The position numbers were made by a program, and so were the translations under genes. The notes beneath the pieces are model-generated. The model ran no database searches. It was not told the DNA's origin and saw nothing but the letters and a program-made list of their open reading frames with translations. DNA of 64,000 nucleotides from the human T2T-CHM13v2.0 reference genome, Homo sapiens. The DNA is taken from NCBI RefSeq assembly GCF_009914755.1, contig NC_060947.1. One strand, 5' to 3'. Shown here one piece after another: positions 1 to 20,727 of the stretch. Positions within the stretch are counted from its first letter, which is position 1. Each line of letters begins with the position of its first letter.

Positions 1-63
1 CTGCTGAAACTTGAAAGAAACTTCCAGAAACAATCCAATGTGCTCAGACGTAAAACGGAGGAG
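1..63 (+). CDS. KIF4A: KIF4A coding exon (partial), LLKLERNFQKQSNVLRRKTEE
   Basis: Open frame from base 1; donor GAG|gtaaga at 63/64. Confidence 0.95.
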
Positions 64-545
64 GTAAGAAAATTCAATCTGCTAGGTCAAGTGTATTGTC
101 ATCTTCAGGTTTAAATGCTTGCAAAGTAATATCCTTTAAACTAGCAAGCGTCCTGAGAAACCAGGGATGCCAATCTTCACAAGCAATTCCTAAATCTTGA
201 TCACTGTTTATATGCCACTGTGAGCAGATAAAAACTTGATGAAAAATGGTACTGTTCAAATAAGGATTTTTTCCTAACTGGACGTGAGCCTTTCCTGAAA
301 AAACAAAGTGATATTGATATGTGACATTTCTAGACACTTTTAGTCTGCAGAACTTCCTTGAAGTGTGTTCCTCCCCTAGGCACCAAAGCAGTAGCTGTTC
401 ACCAGTGTTATGTCCATGGAAGTTTATAAACCTGGTTCCTATAGGAACTCAAACCCATAGAATTTTTATCTTTACTAATGTGCTAGAAATTGGATTTTTT
501 TTTTTTACCATTCATTCAACATTACTATGTGCCAATTTTATTTAG

Positions 546-662
<117 letters not shown>

Positions 663-934
663 TGAACAACTTGAACTGCCATTTCTCTTGTGGACACTGG
701 GAACAGGAAAAAAGGAGAAATAGCTTTTTTTTTTTCCTTTTTTTAGAAGTAAACACTGCAAAATCTAAAGTTCTACTTGAAAGCCTTATTTCCTAAAGAT
801 AGCAATGTCTTTGAACTGTTGTTAAAGACCAGGAGTATAGAACTCTTTCTATCTTTGCCCCTATTGAGGTTCAGTTACTTTTTTAAACAGCTTCATTGAA
901 GTAGAATTGACATATTATAAATTGTACATATTTA

Positions 935-1241
<307 letters not shown>

Positions 1242-2298
1242 GTATACAATTTGATGAGTTTGGACACGTGTATACACCCATGAAATCATCACCATAATCA
1301 AGATAATGACAGTGTGCTTCATTGCCTAAACTTTCTTTGTATCCCTCTGTAATCCCTTCTTCTTATCCCTCTGTAATCCCTTCTTCTCCTCCCTGGTCTA
1401 CCCGTCTACTCCCCATTTCATATATATTTCTTTATATCCCCACAGTGGTTCCAGGCAACCATTAATCTGCTTTCTGTCACTATGGATTTGTTTTCATCTG
1501 GAATCATACATTATGTATTTTTTTTCTGGCTTTTATTCACAATTATTTTGAGATTCATCCATGTGGTTGCATATGTCATATACAACTTCTTTCCTTTTTA
1601 TTGCTGAGTGGCATCCCATTCATTGTATGGCTATACCATAATTTGTTTTTGTATCCATCTGTTGATGGATACTTGAGTGGTTTCCAGTTTTTGGCTCTTA
1701 CAAATATTGCACTGAACATTTGTGCACAAGCCTGTGTGGATTTTTTTTAATTTCTTTTGAGTAGATAGCTAGGAGTAAAATGGCTTTCTTGTATGGTTGG
1801 TGTATGTTTTAACTGCTAAGTGGCTGCCAAACTGTTTTCCAAAGCAGTTATACCATTTTACATTCCTACTAGCAATGTATAAGGGTTCTAGTTGCTACAC
1901 ATTCTTGCCAATAATTAGTATGGTCAGTCTTTTGAATTTTAGCTATTCTGTGTGGGTGGGTAGTGGAACCTCATTGTGGTTCTAATTTTCTTTTCTGTAA
2001 TGACTAATGATGTTGGACATCCTTTCATGTGCTTATTTGCCATATGTATGTTTTCTTTTGTGAAATATGTGTTCAAATCTGTCCCCATTTTTAAATTGGG
2101 TTGTTTATCTTTTTCTTATTATTGAATTAAAATTCTTTATATATTCTAGATATATTTAACAGAGGACTTCTGTGTTTTACAAATATTTTCTCCCTGGCTG
2201 TGGCTTGCCCTTTTCAATTTGTAACAGTGTCTTTTGAAGAGCAAACATTTATTATGTTAATGCCATCCAATTTATTGATATTTTTTTCTTTATACTTA

Positions 2299-2994
<696 letters not shown>

Positions 2995-4965
2995 TTACAT
3001 ATTTTTAAGCTTTACATTTACGTCTTTGATTCATTTTGACTGGACACCTTTGTCAAAATTAAATATCCATACATCTATTTCAGATTGTTTCATTGATCTA
3101 TATGTCTATTTTTATGCCAATACCAAAAAGTCTTGAATGCAGTTGCTTTTTAAGAAATCCTGAAATCAGTGTAAGTCCAAAGTTGTTGTTCTTTGTCAAA
3201 ATTGTTTTGGGAAAACTGGGTCCTTTGCATTTCCATATACATTTTAGAATTATCTTGTTAATTTCTACAAAACAGCTTGCTGGGAGTTGGATTAAGATTG
3301 CATAGAATTTACAAATCAATTCAAGGAGAATCAACATGTTAAGAATATTTAGATACACGAATGCAGTATATCTCTTTATTTAGGTTTTTAATTTCTCTCA
3401 GCAACATTTTAGTTTTTAGTGTACAAGCGTTGTACATCTTTTGTCAAACATATCCCTGAGTATTTCATATTTTTATGATATTGAAAATGGCATTTTTATT
3501 TCCATTTCCAATTGTTTAGATATTCTTGTTGGTTCTCAAAGCTTTTTTGTAGAGTTCTTAAGATTTTCTACCTAGAAAATCATGTCATCTGCAAATATGG
3601 ACAATTTTATTTCTTCTTTTCTGTTCTGTGCTTTTTTATTTTTTTAACCTTTGTCTTGCCTTATTGCACTTGCTAGAACCTCCAGTACAATATTGAATAG
3701 ACTAGGTGAGAGGCTACAACCTTGCTTTGTTCCCAGTCTTGGGCAGAAAGCATTCAGTTTTTCACCGTAAAGTATGATAATAGCTATAGATTTTTTGGTA
3801 TATGTCTTTTATCAGGTTGAAGAAGTTCCTTTTTTTAGCTTGCGAAGTTTTTATTACAAATTGATGTTGGGTTTTTTCAGGAGCTTTTTTTTCTGTTTCT
3901 GTTGAGATGATCTGACTGTTGGTTGATTGGTCAGTTTTTATTCTGTTATATGGCAAATGGCACTGATTTTTCCCTAATTTATTCTGTCAAGGCATAGCTG
4001 ACATACAATAAAATAAACCCTTTTGTTGTATAGTTCTATGTGTTTTGACAACATGTACAGTTGTGTGACCACTACAACAATCAAGATACAGAATAGTTCT
4101 CTTATCCCCAGAAACTCCCCTATATCTCTTACAGCCAATTCCTCCCACAACCCTGGCCCTTGACAAACACTGATCTGTACTCTGTCATTATTGTTTTCCC
4201 TTTCCATCAGTGTCATAGAAATAGAAACATACAGTATGACTTCCTTCACTTAGCATAATTCGAGATTAATTTGTGTTGTTTGTGTATCTGTAGTTTGCGT
4301 GTTTTTGTTGTTGTTGTTGAGTAGTATTTCATTGTATGGATATACCACAGTTTGTTTATCCATTCACCTGTTGAAGGATATCTTAGGTTTTTCTTTTCCT
4401 TAGGTTTTGGCAATTACGAATAAAGCTGCTGTTAAAAACACATACACGTTTCTATGTAAACTAATTATTTCACTTGGGTAAATACCTAAGAGTGGGACTA
4501 CTGGGTCATATGATAAGTATATGCTTAATTTGTAAGAAACTGCCAAATTGTTTATCCAGTTAGTTGTTTATTGCTGATATATAGAAATACAATTTATTTT
4601 TGTATATTAACTTTTATCTCATGCCTTTATTATTCTACTAGCTCTTTTATAGGTTTTTAGGATTTTCTATGTAGACTATCATGCTGTCTGTAAATACAAT
4701 TTTATTTCTTCCTTTCTAATCTGTATGTCTATCATTTCTCCTACTTGCCCTATTGCATTGGTGAGAACCTTCAGGATGATGATGAATAGGAGTGGTGAGA
4801 ATAGACATCCTTCTGTTCTTCCTGATCTTAGGGGGAAAGCATTCAGTCTTTCACCATTAAGTATATTAACTGTAGTTAATTTTTTTGAAATACTTTTTGT
4901 CTCTAGTTAGTTGATTTGGTGAATTATTTTGATTGATGTTCAAATATGGAACCAACCTTGCATTT

Positions 4966-5346
4966 CTTTTTTTTTTCTTTCCGACTTTTACTAGGTTCAA
5001 GGATTACATGTGCAGGTTTGTTTTTACATGGGTAAATGGCATGTTTCAGGGGTTTCGTATACAGATAATTTTGTCACACAGATAATCAGCATGATACCCA
5101 ATAGGTAGTTTCTCAGTCCTCACCCTCCTCCCACCCTCCACCCTCAAGTAGGCCCTGGTGCCTATTGTTCCCTTCTTTCTGTCCATGTGTACTCAATGTT
5201 TAGCTCCCACTTAGAAGTGAGAACGTGTGGTATTTGATTTTCTGTTCCTGCATTAATTCTCTTAGGATAATAGCCTCCAGTTGCATTCATGTTACTACAA
5301 AGGATGTGATTTTGTTCTTTTTTTTTATGGCTGTGTAATATTCCAT
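4966..5346 (-). mobile_element. 5'-truncated L1PA-type 3' end
   Basis: L1 3'UTR sequence flanked by TSD ccaaccttgcatttctt (near 4952 and 5348). Confidence 0.8.
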
Positions 5347-6196
5347 TCCAACCTTGCATTTCTTGGATAAACTCCATTTAATTGTGATATATCATCCTTT
5401 TTATGTATTATTAAATTCAGTAATACATAAAAAAACTTGTTTAAATTTTTGTATCTGTGTTCATGAGGGATATTGGTGTGTAGTTTTTTGTAATACCTTG
5501 GTCTGGTTTTGATATCAAGGTAATACTGGCCTCAGAAAGAGCTGGGAAGTGTAGTCGTTTCTCTTCAAATGTCTGGAAGATTTTGTGCAGAATTAATATT
5601 GTTTCTTTCTTAAAAATTTGATAGAATTCATCAGGAAAGCCATCTGTGGCTGGAGAGATTTATGTTTCTTGCTTAGTTTTGCTTTTTGGGGAGAGGGATG
5701 TTAAATAAAGTTTTAAAAATAGATATAGGATTGTTCAAAGTTATATGTTTCTCCTTGAGTAAGCTTTGGTAGTTTGTGTGTTTCAGAGAACTTGTCTGTT
5801 TCATCTAAGTTGTCAAATGTATTGGCATAAAGTTGTTCATCATATTCCCTTATCGTTCTAATATCTGTAAAATCTCAGCCAGGTGCGATTGTTTATGCCT
5901 GTAATATTGGCACTTAGAGAAGCTGAGATGGGAGGATCACTTGAGCCCAGGAATTCGAGACCAGCCTGGGCAACATAGCAAGAACACATCTCTATTTTTT
6001 TTTTAAATCTGTAATGATGTCATCTATCTCATTCCTGTTTGTATGTTTTCTCCTTTTTCTCAATCAGTCCAACTAGAGGTTTATCAAAGAACCAACTCAT
6101 TCTTATAATAGGTAAAATGGTAATTTTTATGTTATATATATTTTACCACAATAAAAAAATTCAAAACAACTCCCAATTCATTAATTTCCACTCTGA

Positions 6197-6376
<180 letters not shown>

Positions 6377-7145
6377 TAAGGAAGAAGCTAAGGTCATTGA
6401 TTTCTTTCTTTTCTAATATAGGCATTCAGTGCTATAAGTTTCCCCTTAAGTATTCCTTTAACAACATCCCACAAATTTTCATAATGTTATATTTTCACTT
6501 TCATTCAATTCAAAATACATTCTAATTTTCTTATTGATTTTTTTCTTTGACCCATGGGTTATTTAGAAGTGTTATGTAGTTTCCAAATGTTTGGGGATTT
6601 TTCCAAATGTCTTTTTGTTATTGATTTCCAATTTAATTCTAATATGGTCAGAGAACATACTTCATATGACTTGAATCCTTTTGAACTTATTGAGACTTAT
6701 TTTATGGCCCAGAGTATGATCAATCTTAGTAAATGTTCTATGTGTACTTGAGAAGAATGGGTATTCTGCTGTTGTTGGATGGAGTATCTATAAATGTCAA
6801 TCATGTCAATTTGATTGATTGTGCTGTTAACATCTATTGTGTCCTTGCTGATTTTCTGCATACTCGTCCTATCAATTATTGAGAAATAGGTATTGAAATC
6901 ACCAACTATAATTATGGATTTTTTCCTTAGAGTTCTACATTTAGGATTAATTGATCCCTGTATTATTATGAAATGGACTTCTTTATTCTTGGTAATATTC
7001 TTTGTTCTTTGTTCTAATATCTACTTTGTATGATATTACTGTAGCCCCTCCAACTTTCTTTTTATTAATGTTAGTATGTTGTTTTTTTTTTTGTCATGGT
7101 GTATTTAATGTTAACGTATTTGTGCCTTCATTTTTAAGGTGTGTT

Positions 7146-7810
<665 letters not shown>

Positions 7811-8270
7811 ATGTCTAGCTTTTTTAATCCAATCTGAAAATCTCTACAACTTAATTGGGGTGTTTAGACCATTTACATTTAATGTGATTATTGATACAGG
7901 TAGGTTTGAGCTATCATCTTGCTATTTGTTTTCTATTGTGTCATCTGTTCTTCATTTTCTTTTTCCCTGCTTTTTCCTTTTTTGGATCAGTTGAACATTT
8001 TTATGATTTATATTATCTTTGTTTACTTGTACATGATTTTGTTTCATGTATTTTGGTGCTTTGTTATTAGGGACGTACACATTAAGGATTATATTCTATT
8101 GAACAATCGGCTCCTTTATCATGAATCCTTTTTATCCCTAGTTTTATTTTTTGATAGGAATTCTACTCCATCTGATTCTAATATAATCACTCTGGCTTTC
8201 TTTTGATTACTATTAGCATGGTATACCTTCATTAAAAGCAGAAATATTCTCAGGGATAGTTACTGTTTCA

Positions 8271-8609
<339 letters not shown>

Positions 8610-8978
8610 TTAAAAATCCCGTTCATCTACTTTAAAAATTAAAAATGGATATTTATTTATTAAATAGAATAGATCATAAAATATTCAATTTTTTATTATG
8701 TTAAGGGCAAAGGAAAAAAATGAAGAAAATAAAGAACAGGGCACATAGAAATACTAGGAATCTGGAGAAAGATTTTCTGGAGAAAGCCTCTTTCTTGTGA
8801 CCTTTTGGCATGTTGCTGTTAAAGGCTCTTCGAGAGGTACTGACATTTTTGGTAAGTGTAGGTATGAATGGATATCACACTTGTAGTTACTTGGGCTCTG
8901 GTCCAAATGAAGTTAAGTCTGGAGCTGAATCTAGCCCATGAGCTAGTGATTCCTCATCCCTAACACAGACATCACTGA

Positions 8979-9176
<198 letters not shown>

Positions 9177-9211
9177 TAATCAGACTCTACATTCCCCAGA
9201 AATCCTCATAG

Positions 9212-9370
<159 letters not shown>

Positions 9371-9598
9371 TAACAGGGACTATCTCTAAGCCATTATAAA
9401 AATTTATGCCTGGAATCAAAAATTGAACCTATTAATCTAGTGATTCAAAAGCCTTGTGATGGTGGAAAAACACGAGAAAATAACAATTTTTTTTAAACCA
9501 GACACTGTACTAGGTATCTTAGATACATTTTCTTATTCAATCCCTTTGATGCCTTATGAGGTAAGTATCATTCTTCTCATGTTAGAGATCTAAAATTA

Positions 9599-9695
9599 AC
9601 TTGGTCATATGGAAGTGGGTTATCAGAACTTATTAACATTAGTGTCACTGAAGTTGGTATACAACCCCCTCGCTGCTAAATTTGACTGGCTTTTT
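9599..9695 (+). pseudogene. Y4 RNA retropseudogene (probably RNY4P23)
   Basis: AGTGGGTTATCAGAACTTATTAACATTAGTGTCACT...CTGCTAAATTTGACTGGCTTTTT matches hY4 with a degenerate 5' stem, followed by an A-rich tail. Confidence 0.9.
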
Positions 9696-10094
9696 AATAA
9701 ATAACTGGTTAATTGGTTAATTTTTAAAAGGAAATTCAGCAATCTTAAGAAATTTGCCAAAGGTAATTAACTGGCTAACAAACAACAGAGCTGGGATTCA
9801 AAACACACTCTAATTCCAAAGCCCATGCTTTTTACAATACAGCACAATTTTTTCTCTTTATTTTTTTAACTGATAACTAGAGAGTCAGGCACCATAATTT
9901 TTGATGCAGTAGTGTCTCTAAGATGTAGAACCAATAACAGAATTTTAGAGGAACCAAAGAAATGATAATAGAAGAGCAACAACACAGAAGGTGAACTTTA
10001 GAGATCATCAAGAAAATAGTTCTAACATGGTAAGTAAAGTTGTCATGAGCATTAAATGAAATTAGTAAAGTGCATAACAGTACTTAGCATATTA

Positions 10095-10910
<816 letters not shown>

Positions 10911-11334
10911 CTAGCTCTAGACCAGAAATTATGCTACACAGGCTCTTCTAATCATGATTATTTTAAGCAGTTTATGAAATCTAGAAGGAACAGAACCTTG
11001 ACAGAGATTTTATCGTGTTTTAGGATAATAGAACCTTGGGATCATTTAATCTGGTTTTAGCAATACATACTAACTTTATCTTGGGATACATCTATAAATC
11101 ACTCAACCTTTGAGTTCCTGCTTTGTGCTACACTGGATGCAGTTGGGATATACAGAAAAAATAGATGACATTGCCCTTGCTCTCAGGTGGAAATAGTATC
11201 ATTACTCACACTGGTGTCCTGGAATCATTTGCTAAAATTTCAAGAATGTTGTAAACCGTTGTTAGTTTACAATTGATTATGGTGAGAATTTTTACACCAC
11301 AGAAACTGACAAAAGTTACAAATCAGGGCTGGGG

Positions 11335-11685
<351 letters not shown>

Positions 11686-12987
11686 TAAAAATTTACCTAC
11701 ATACCATATGCGTAAGTAAATGATTATGTAAATGTAGGGCTGGTGCCAAGTAGAAGGAATTAGAGGTGAGTTTAGTTAGGAGAATTTTTTTAGAACTGAT
11801 GAGACTTAAACTACATTTTGGAATAGATAAGGGACACGAATTGTCAGAGAAGACAGGAAAGGGCCAATGATAGGTGACAACTCTGAAGTGTTGTGCCCCA
11901 CCTCTTCCAGAAGCCTTCCCTGACTTTTTAATCCCTCACTAATCTTCCTTGTTCTCTAAACTCTTTCAGAACTTATGATACTCAATTATGACATACTGCT
12001 GACATGTTATCTTTATGTTTATTGTTTTATGTTTATTAATTTTGTCATTCTAAAGACAGACTGTAAGCTTGTTGAAGGAAAGGACTCTACATTAGACCAG
12101 GGTTTTCAAAGTGTGGGCCGCAGATTACTGGGGAGCTCATGAGCCAGTGATCAAAACTATTTTCATAATAATATTAAGGCATTATTTGCCTTTTTTGCTA
12201 CATTGGAATTTGCACTGAAAATGCAAAAGCCATAGTGGGCTAAAGTGCTGACACCCTAGGCTGAATGAAAGCAGTGGCACCAACCTGAACTAGTAGTCAT
12301 TGTATGCTTCACCACTATATACTCTCAGGTTTTAAAAAAACAAGCCAGTCTTAATTAAGAATGGTGTTGCGAAAGCAGTAAAAGTTGTTGATTTTACTAA
12401 ATCTGGACCCTGGAGTTCATGTCTGTGTTACATCCTGTGTGACGAAACAGGAAGAACACAGAAAGCACTTCTACTGCATGCTGAATATGATGGTCGTCTC
12501 AAGAAAAGCACTGCGATTGTTTGAGGTGTGAGCTCAATAGGCCTCTTTTTTCATGGGACATCATTTTTACTTAAATGAACAACTGACAGACAAACTGTGG
12601 TTATTAAGACTTGGTTACTTGGCAGACATTTTCTCAAAAAGAATAGAGCGAGCCTGTTGCTTTAAGGAAAACAGCTGACAGTGTTTGTTACCTAAGACAA
12701 AATGTGAGCTTTCAAGCAAAATTTGGATTTGGAAAACTTGTATCTGCCACTGTGAACTTGACAGTTTTTCATAACTTTTCTGATAAGACCAGTAGTGATA
12801 TTAACAAGTGTGATTTTAAAAATATATATTTTATAGAATGAAATGTGTTAACATTTGGAAGATCTGCATGACTCTGGAGTAATATTGTCCAAATGGCACT
12901 TTATAGAATGATGTATTCGTAAATGAGCCATTCAGATTGCAAGATAGACTGATGAATTTTAATATGAGAGAATATAAAAAAGTTTAT

Positions 12988-13300
12988 GGAAATCATCATT
13001 CTCAGTAAACTATCGCAAGGACAAAAAACCAAACACCGCATGTTCTCACTCATAGGTGGGAACTGAACAATGAGAACACATGGACAGAGGAAGAGGAACA
13101 TCACACTCTGGGGACTGTTGTGGGGTGGGGGGAGGGGGGAGGGATAGCATTAGGAGATATACCTAATGCTAAATGATGAGTTACTGGGTGCAGCACACCA
13201 GCATGGCACATGTATACATATGTAACCTGCACATTGTGCACATGTACCCTAAAACTTAAAGTATAATAATAATAAAATAAAAACAACAACAACAACAACA
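12988..13300 (+). mobile_element. L1PA 3' end (sense)
   Basis: L1 3'UTR with G-tract and ...CCCTAAAACTTAAAGTATAATAAT tail, TSD aaagtttat. Confidence 0.93.
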
Positions 13301-13342
13301 AAGTTTATTAATAAGTTTCAGATTCAACATTGCAACTAACTC

Positions 13343-13760
13343 TTTTTTTTTTTTATTATACTTTAAGTTTTAGGGTACATGTGCACATTGTGCAGGTTAG
13401 TTACATATGTATACATGTGCCGTGCTGGTGCGCTGCACCCACTAACTCATCATCTAGCATTAGGTATATCTCCCAATGCTATCCCTCCCCCCTTCCCCCA
13501 CCCCACAACAGTCCCCAGAGTGTGATATTCCCCTTCCTGTGTCCATGTGATCTCATTGTTCAATTCCCACCTATGAGTGAGAATATGCGGTGTTTGGTTT
13601 TTTTGTTCTTGCGATAGTTTACTGAGAATGATGATTTCCAATTTCATCCATGTCCCTACAAAGGATGTGAACTCATCATTTTTTATGGCTGCATAGTATT
13701 CCATGGTGTATATGTGCCACATTTTCTTAATCCAGTCTATCATTGTTGGACATTTGGGTT
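13343..13760 (-). mobile_element. L1PA2-like 3' end (antisense)
   Basis: End of ORF2 plus 3'UTR; GAG at the Ta-diagnostic position; TSD ttgcaactaactctt. Confidence 0.93.
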
Positions 13761-14083
13761 GCAACTAACTCTTAAGGAGGTACCGCTTGTTGAGTTTTAG
13801 TGTAGTCTCAAAGAAGACTATTTGCAGTTATCTGAAAAGGCTATTAAAATACTCCTTTTCCCATCTGCATATTCATGTGAGGCCAGATTGTCTTCATTTA
13901 CATCAACTAGAACAACATGTCACAAAAGATTGCATACAGAGGGAGACATAAGAATCCAGCTGTCTTCAACTAAGCCAGACATTACAGAGATTTGCAAAAG
14001 TGTAAAATAATTCCTTTTCTTACTATTTATTATCTCAGAAAATGCTACTTTTCAGAAAATATGTAATGTATAATAGGTTTATG

Positions 14084-15111
<1,028 letters not shown>

Positions 15112-15883
15112 TAAGGGTGTAAAGGGGTCCTGAAACCCCAAAATTTGAGAACTACAGTCTTAGATTATTTTCATACCCATCTTCCTTATAGTACCAAACT
15201 TATCACTGCATATGAAGCACATGCTGGTATACTCTTTCTCACTAGACACAGAAGAAATTTGAGAAGAAAGCTATTAATTAAACTGAAATACTGTGTAGAT
15301 TTTGGTCTAGGACATACTTGATCAGAAAGTACCCAGAAGCTATAACCAGGGTCAGAATATCTAGTCTTCTTAGAAACTTCTCGGTCTTGTGGCAGGCACA
15401 TCAAGATAACCTCTCACAATGCCAGCCATGGGTATCATTTTGGTACTTGATTGTAGTAAAGAGCATATCTACCTGTTCTTTTGAGCTTTTTCCTTCAAGT
15501 CTCCAACCTGAATCTTATCCTTGCATGGGTGGACCATCATGTCACAGTCTGAGCTTATATGGCCTCAAGACAAAGTAACATATTATACTTAATCCACTAC
15601 AACAAAAGCCTTACTGTGATAAGTCTTTCCAAGTCCCACTTTATGACCCATTTATTTCAACCAGTATTTAATGGAATAAAACCATTTAAATAGTCTCTTA
15701 GAGTCCCTTTGTTACAAGATTTGCGATACTATGTAAAATCCTAACCAGATGACTTAAACATTATTTAAATGATATTTAACTGATAGCTCCATCCATAAAA
15801 TTATTTGAAGTTTCTCCTCAGAGCTCTTCCCCCTTCTTGATGTTCAGGCTACTTGCAATAAGGCTTACTGTTTCTTTCCCTGA

Positions 15884-16039
<156 letters not shown>

Positions 16040-17066
16040 TAGGAGGCTGGCTGTGTAGGTTGAAATGGGATGTTAGCCTTGAAATATTGTCAAAGTGTTA
16101 TTGCCACTTTTCATGGTAGAAACCCTAATAACACTAACATTAGAGAGTTTAGTAGATAAAGGTTGGTGTAAGCAAGTACAGGCCAGTCACTTACAAAAAT
16201 ATAATATGACTCACAAATTGATGCCCGTTGTGACTGGCCTATAGCAAGTGCTGAATGCGTGTTAGCTGTTGTTATTAGGAAAGACCAGAATGCCATAGTG
16301 GGTCACTGGCTAAACATCAACTGTTATACTGTACTACTTTTTAAAACCCCTATGAGATGTATATTCAAAAATTTAAGATCCAGTCTAGAAAAGGGAAAAC
16401 CTAAGCATCTTTTGACATATAAAGATTCATTTTAGGGAAAAGCCATCTTTGCTGACCTTAAAATGATATGTCACCTTACGTTGTCACAAGAGGAATGAAA
16501 ATTGATTGCCTCTGGTGATTGAAGCATTTTCACTCAAGATAAGCATACAAACTCCAAACCCACAAGTTTAAACAATGCTACCCTTTATACATTTTTGTGT
16601 TAGCTTAGCAGATTTGTTCTACTAAGGAAATCTTGATCAGTCTTGTGAACACTGGTACTTATGATGTTCACCATCTGGGCTAGTAGTGAATGTAAAACTA
16701 GGCCAGTGTAGGATATGTAGCCTGAAGAGCCAGATCTGCAGTCTCAGTCTACAAGTTCTAACATGTGAATATAGACATTCTGAAATGGGACATAATTGGC
16801 CATAAGGGTGTGTCCTGTGGATTTTGCTTAAAAATTAAGGAAGAACTTCTTAAATATCAGAATTTGTAATTGTCAGATACTATTCGGGTTAGCTTTATTC
16901 TTGCCTTGAGGCAGAGCAAGAAATAAAATGGCCTTAGCAGTGGCTTCTAGCCCCAAGATACATGTCTCAGCAGAAATGTGGACTCTTGGCCTGGGAATAG
17001 AACAATAGTATATTTACTATTCAATGTTGGAATCCATATGACATGAAAAAATAAGAATAGACTTGA

Positions 17067-17435
<369 letters not shown>

Positions 17436-17598
17436 TGAAATTTCTTTCAAAAGTCCACGTGGCCTTTTCTAAATTTTGCAAATAAAAAGAAACCTGAAGC
17501 AGAGACGTGACTTGTCTAACTTTATACATACCAGTGACAATGGCTCTGGGTTTCCAACTTAAATATGAATATTAACAATATTAACATGCTGAGAAACA

Positions 17599-17859
<261 letters not shown>

Positions 17860-18035
17860 CTATGCTGAGAAACATCCATGCTGTACTTACTACTTCATGC
17901 CATGACAGCAAATGAGAACAGTTTACTTCTAAATCACAAGAGAGCAGTCACCTGGATCACTGCTTGAACTAAGTCAAAATTTCTTTTTCCCCTTGGTACC
18001 TTTGTTACCACCCATTGGATCGTGTCTTTCTCTAG

Positions 18036-18146
<111 letters not shown>

Positions 18147-19148
18147 TGATCACGAGAGGTCTCCAGAGATGAGTTTCACAGTACTAACTGAGAATCTTGT
18201 CTCATTTAGACCCTTGTACTTGCAGCAGAGAGTAATTAACTACTGGAAAAAGTATTTATAATGGTAGCCTCTACTGCTTTTAGGCCCTATTTGATCAGGT
18301 TAGGGGTGCTTAGAGTGTAGCCATATATAGGAATAACCTCATTTTGGGTACCAAAATGGCAGCACATACTCCATATCAGACTCTGAGGCCTTGTGGTTCT
18401 TGGCGTCAACCCTGAGCTCTAAAGAGTTGAGGAAGTGAAATCATCCAGTAGTTACTTAGAATCCTAGGGCCATTCAAATGGTATGAAGAGCTTGTTCTTC
18501 TGTGCTGAGACCTGACATATTTGTAAAATGCCTGGGGTCTGAATTTCTTCCAGAGGCTAGGAACACCACACCCTTTAGTGGCATGTTGTAGCACTATTTT
18601 AGTCTAACTTAGAATCTTTTTCCTGAACCACCAGTCTGTAGGGTTTCCTTGGCACCTTCCATCTAAGACATAAGCAAACTAGTTAAGGTTGTATGCATGA
18701 ATCTGGGTGTCTTAGGTGCCAGGTAGTTCGGTCAGGCTTACTAAAGTAGCAAGTAAACTGCCTAGTCTATGTTGAGAAGGGTAAAGAGAAGCATCTATAG
18801 ACTTCAAGAAAATAGAGCTAAGTTTCTGCGGGTTTCTTAATCAGCATCCGAATGTGAATAAGGGATATGAAGCTAAGGAATGGAAAAGAATAAGGAAGGC
18901 TTGTCGGGCAGAGTCCATGGTTCCTATGAATATGGTCAGAGCTGCTGGGGAGCATTGGAATGGAAGTGGCATTCAGGGCACCTAGGAACTGGGAATCAGA
19001 CATTTTTCTGGGTGCCAGTGCCTGCTGTGCAAAAACCATCTGCTGCCAGCAACTTGGCAGCAGTATGTTTTCATCTATGTGAGTTGTTTGGTAACCCACA
19101 TGTAGTGCCCAAAATAACCCCATATATCACTGCACTATCTGGAAATAG

Positions 19149-19277
<129 letters not shown>

Positions 19278-19579
19278 TGAGGCCAGCTCTTGGGACCAAC
19301 CCCCATTGTGGTGACTTGGCTTTATTTCATGAGGTCTACATTTAGTTTCCATGTGACATATGCATTTCAAAGTGGAATAAACATAAGTTTTTAAATTTGC
19401 CATTTTCTGAATCTAATATTGTTGATATTGGAAAGTGGGAGTCAACGTACTCTACTATAATCCTGCATCACTTTACTATGGTTTAACGTTAAGCTAGCCT
19501 AGGTCTGGTATCTGTTTTAGCCATGAACACTCCCAGAAGCTGCCCTGCATTATATACTTTGTCTCTTCTTTTCAAATAG

Positions 19580-19681
<102 letters not shown>

Positions 19682-20213
19682 TGATCAGTGCCTGTGATAC
19701 CTTTGCACAGCTTAGGTTTGGGGTGAGTGTGCTAAAATTGCCCTTTATAAGAGGTTGACAGTTAAAATTCCCAAATTCTAGCATCTCACTTTTCTTTGGA
19801 GTCCCAGATAAAACTACAGTTCAATCCTAAGGAAAGTAGGCATTCTTACTCCTCAGAAGGCTGACTTTGGGCCATGGACAGGCATTACCTAACACAACTG
19901 AGGAGGAGGGACAGGAGAAAAGAGCAATAATGTTCAGCTGTCCATCCAAAGATACTTATCTCATCATATCATGAGTTTCCCTTTCCTCCCTCAGATTGGT
20001 CAGCCTCCAATTTCACTGCCTTCAAAGACTCTGCAAAGCCATAGGCTAAAGCAGAATTTCTTCTGATTGGTAAAGCCAAGTGGGGTGGATTTGAGAGAGT
20101 CTGAAATCTTTGCTCTGAGAATATAGCTGGCAACAGCTACTGGGAAGATATGATGCATATATAGTTTTTAGTTTTTATTAAATAACTAAACTACTCCAAA
20201 CCTTTTTTCCTAG

Positions 20214-20727
<514 letters not shown>

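Noticed and set aside
1340-1390. 24-bp tandem duplication (also 21 bp near 51405-51451 and 11 bp near 53596)
   Set aside because: Two-copy slippage events inside old repeats; no repeat-spacer structure, so not CRISPR-like or a minisatellite array.
13450-13764. 104-aa ORF resembling the L1 ORF2 C-terminus
   Set aside because: A 5'-truncated L1 fragment with no promoter, endonuclease or RT domain.
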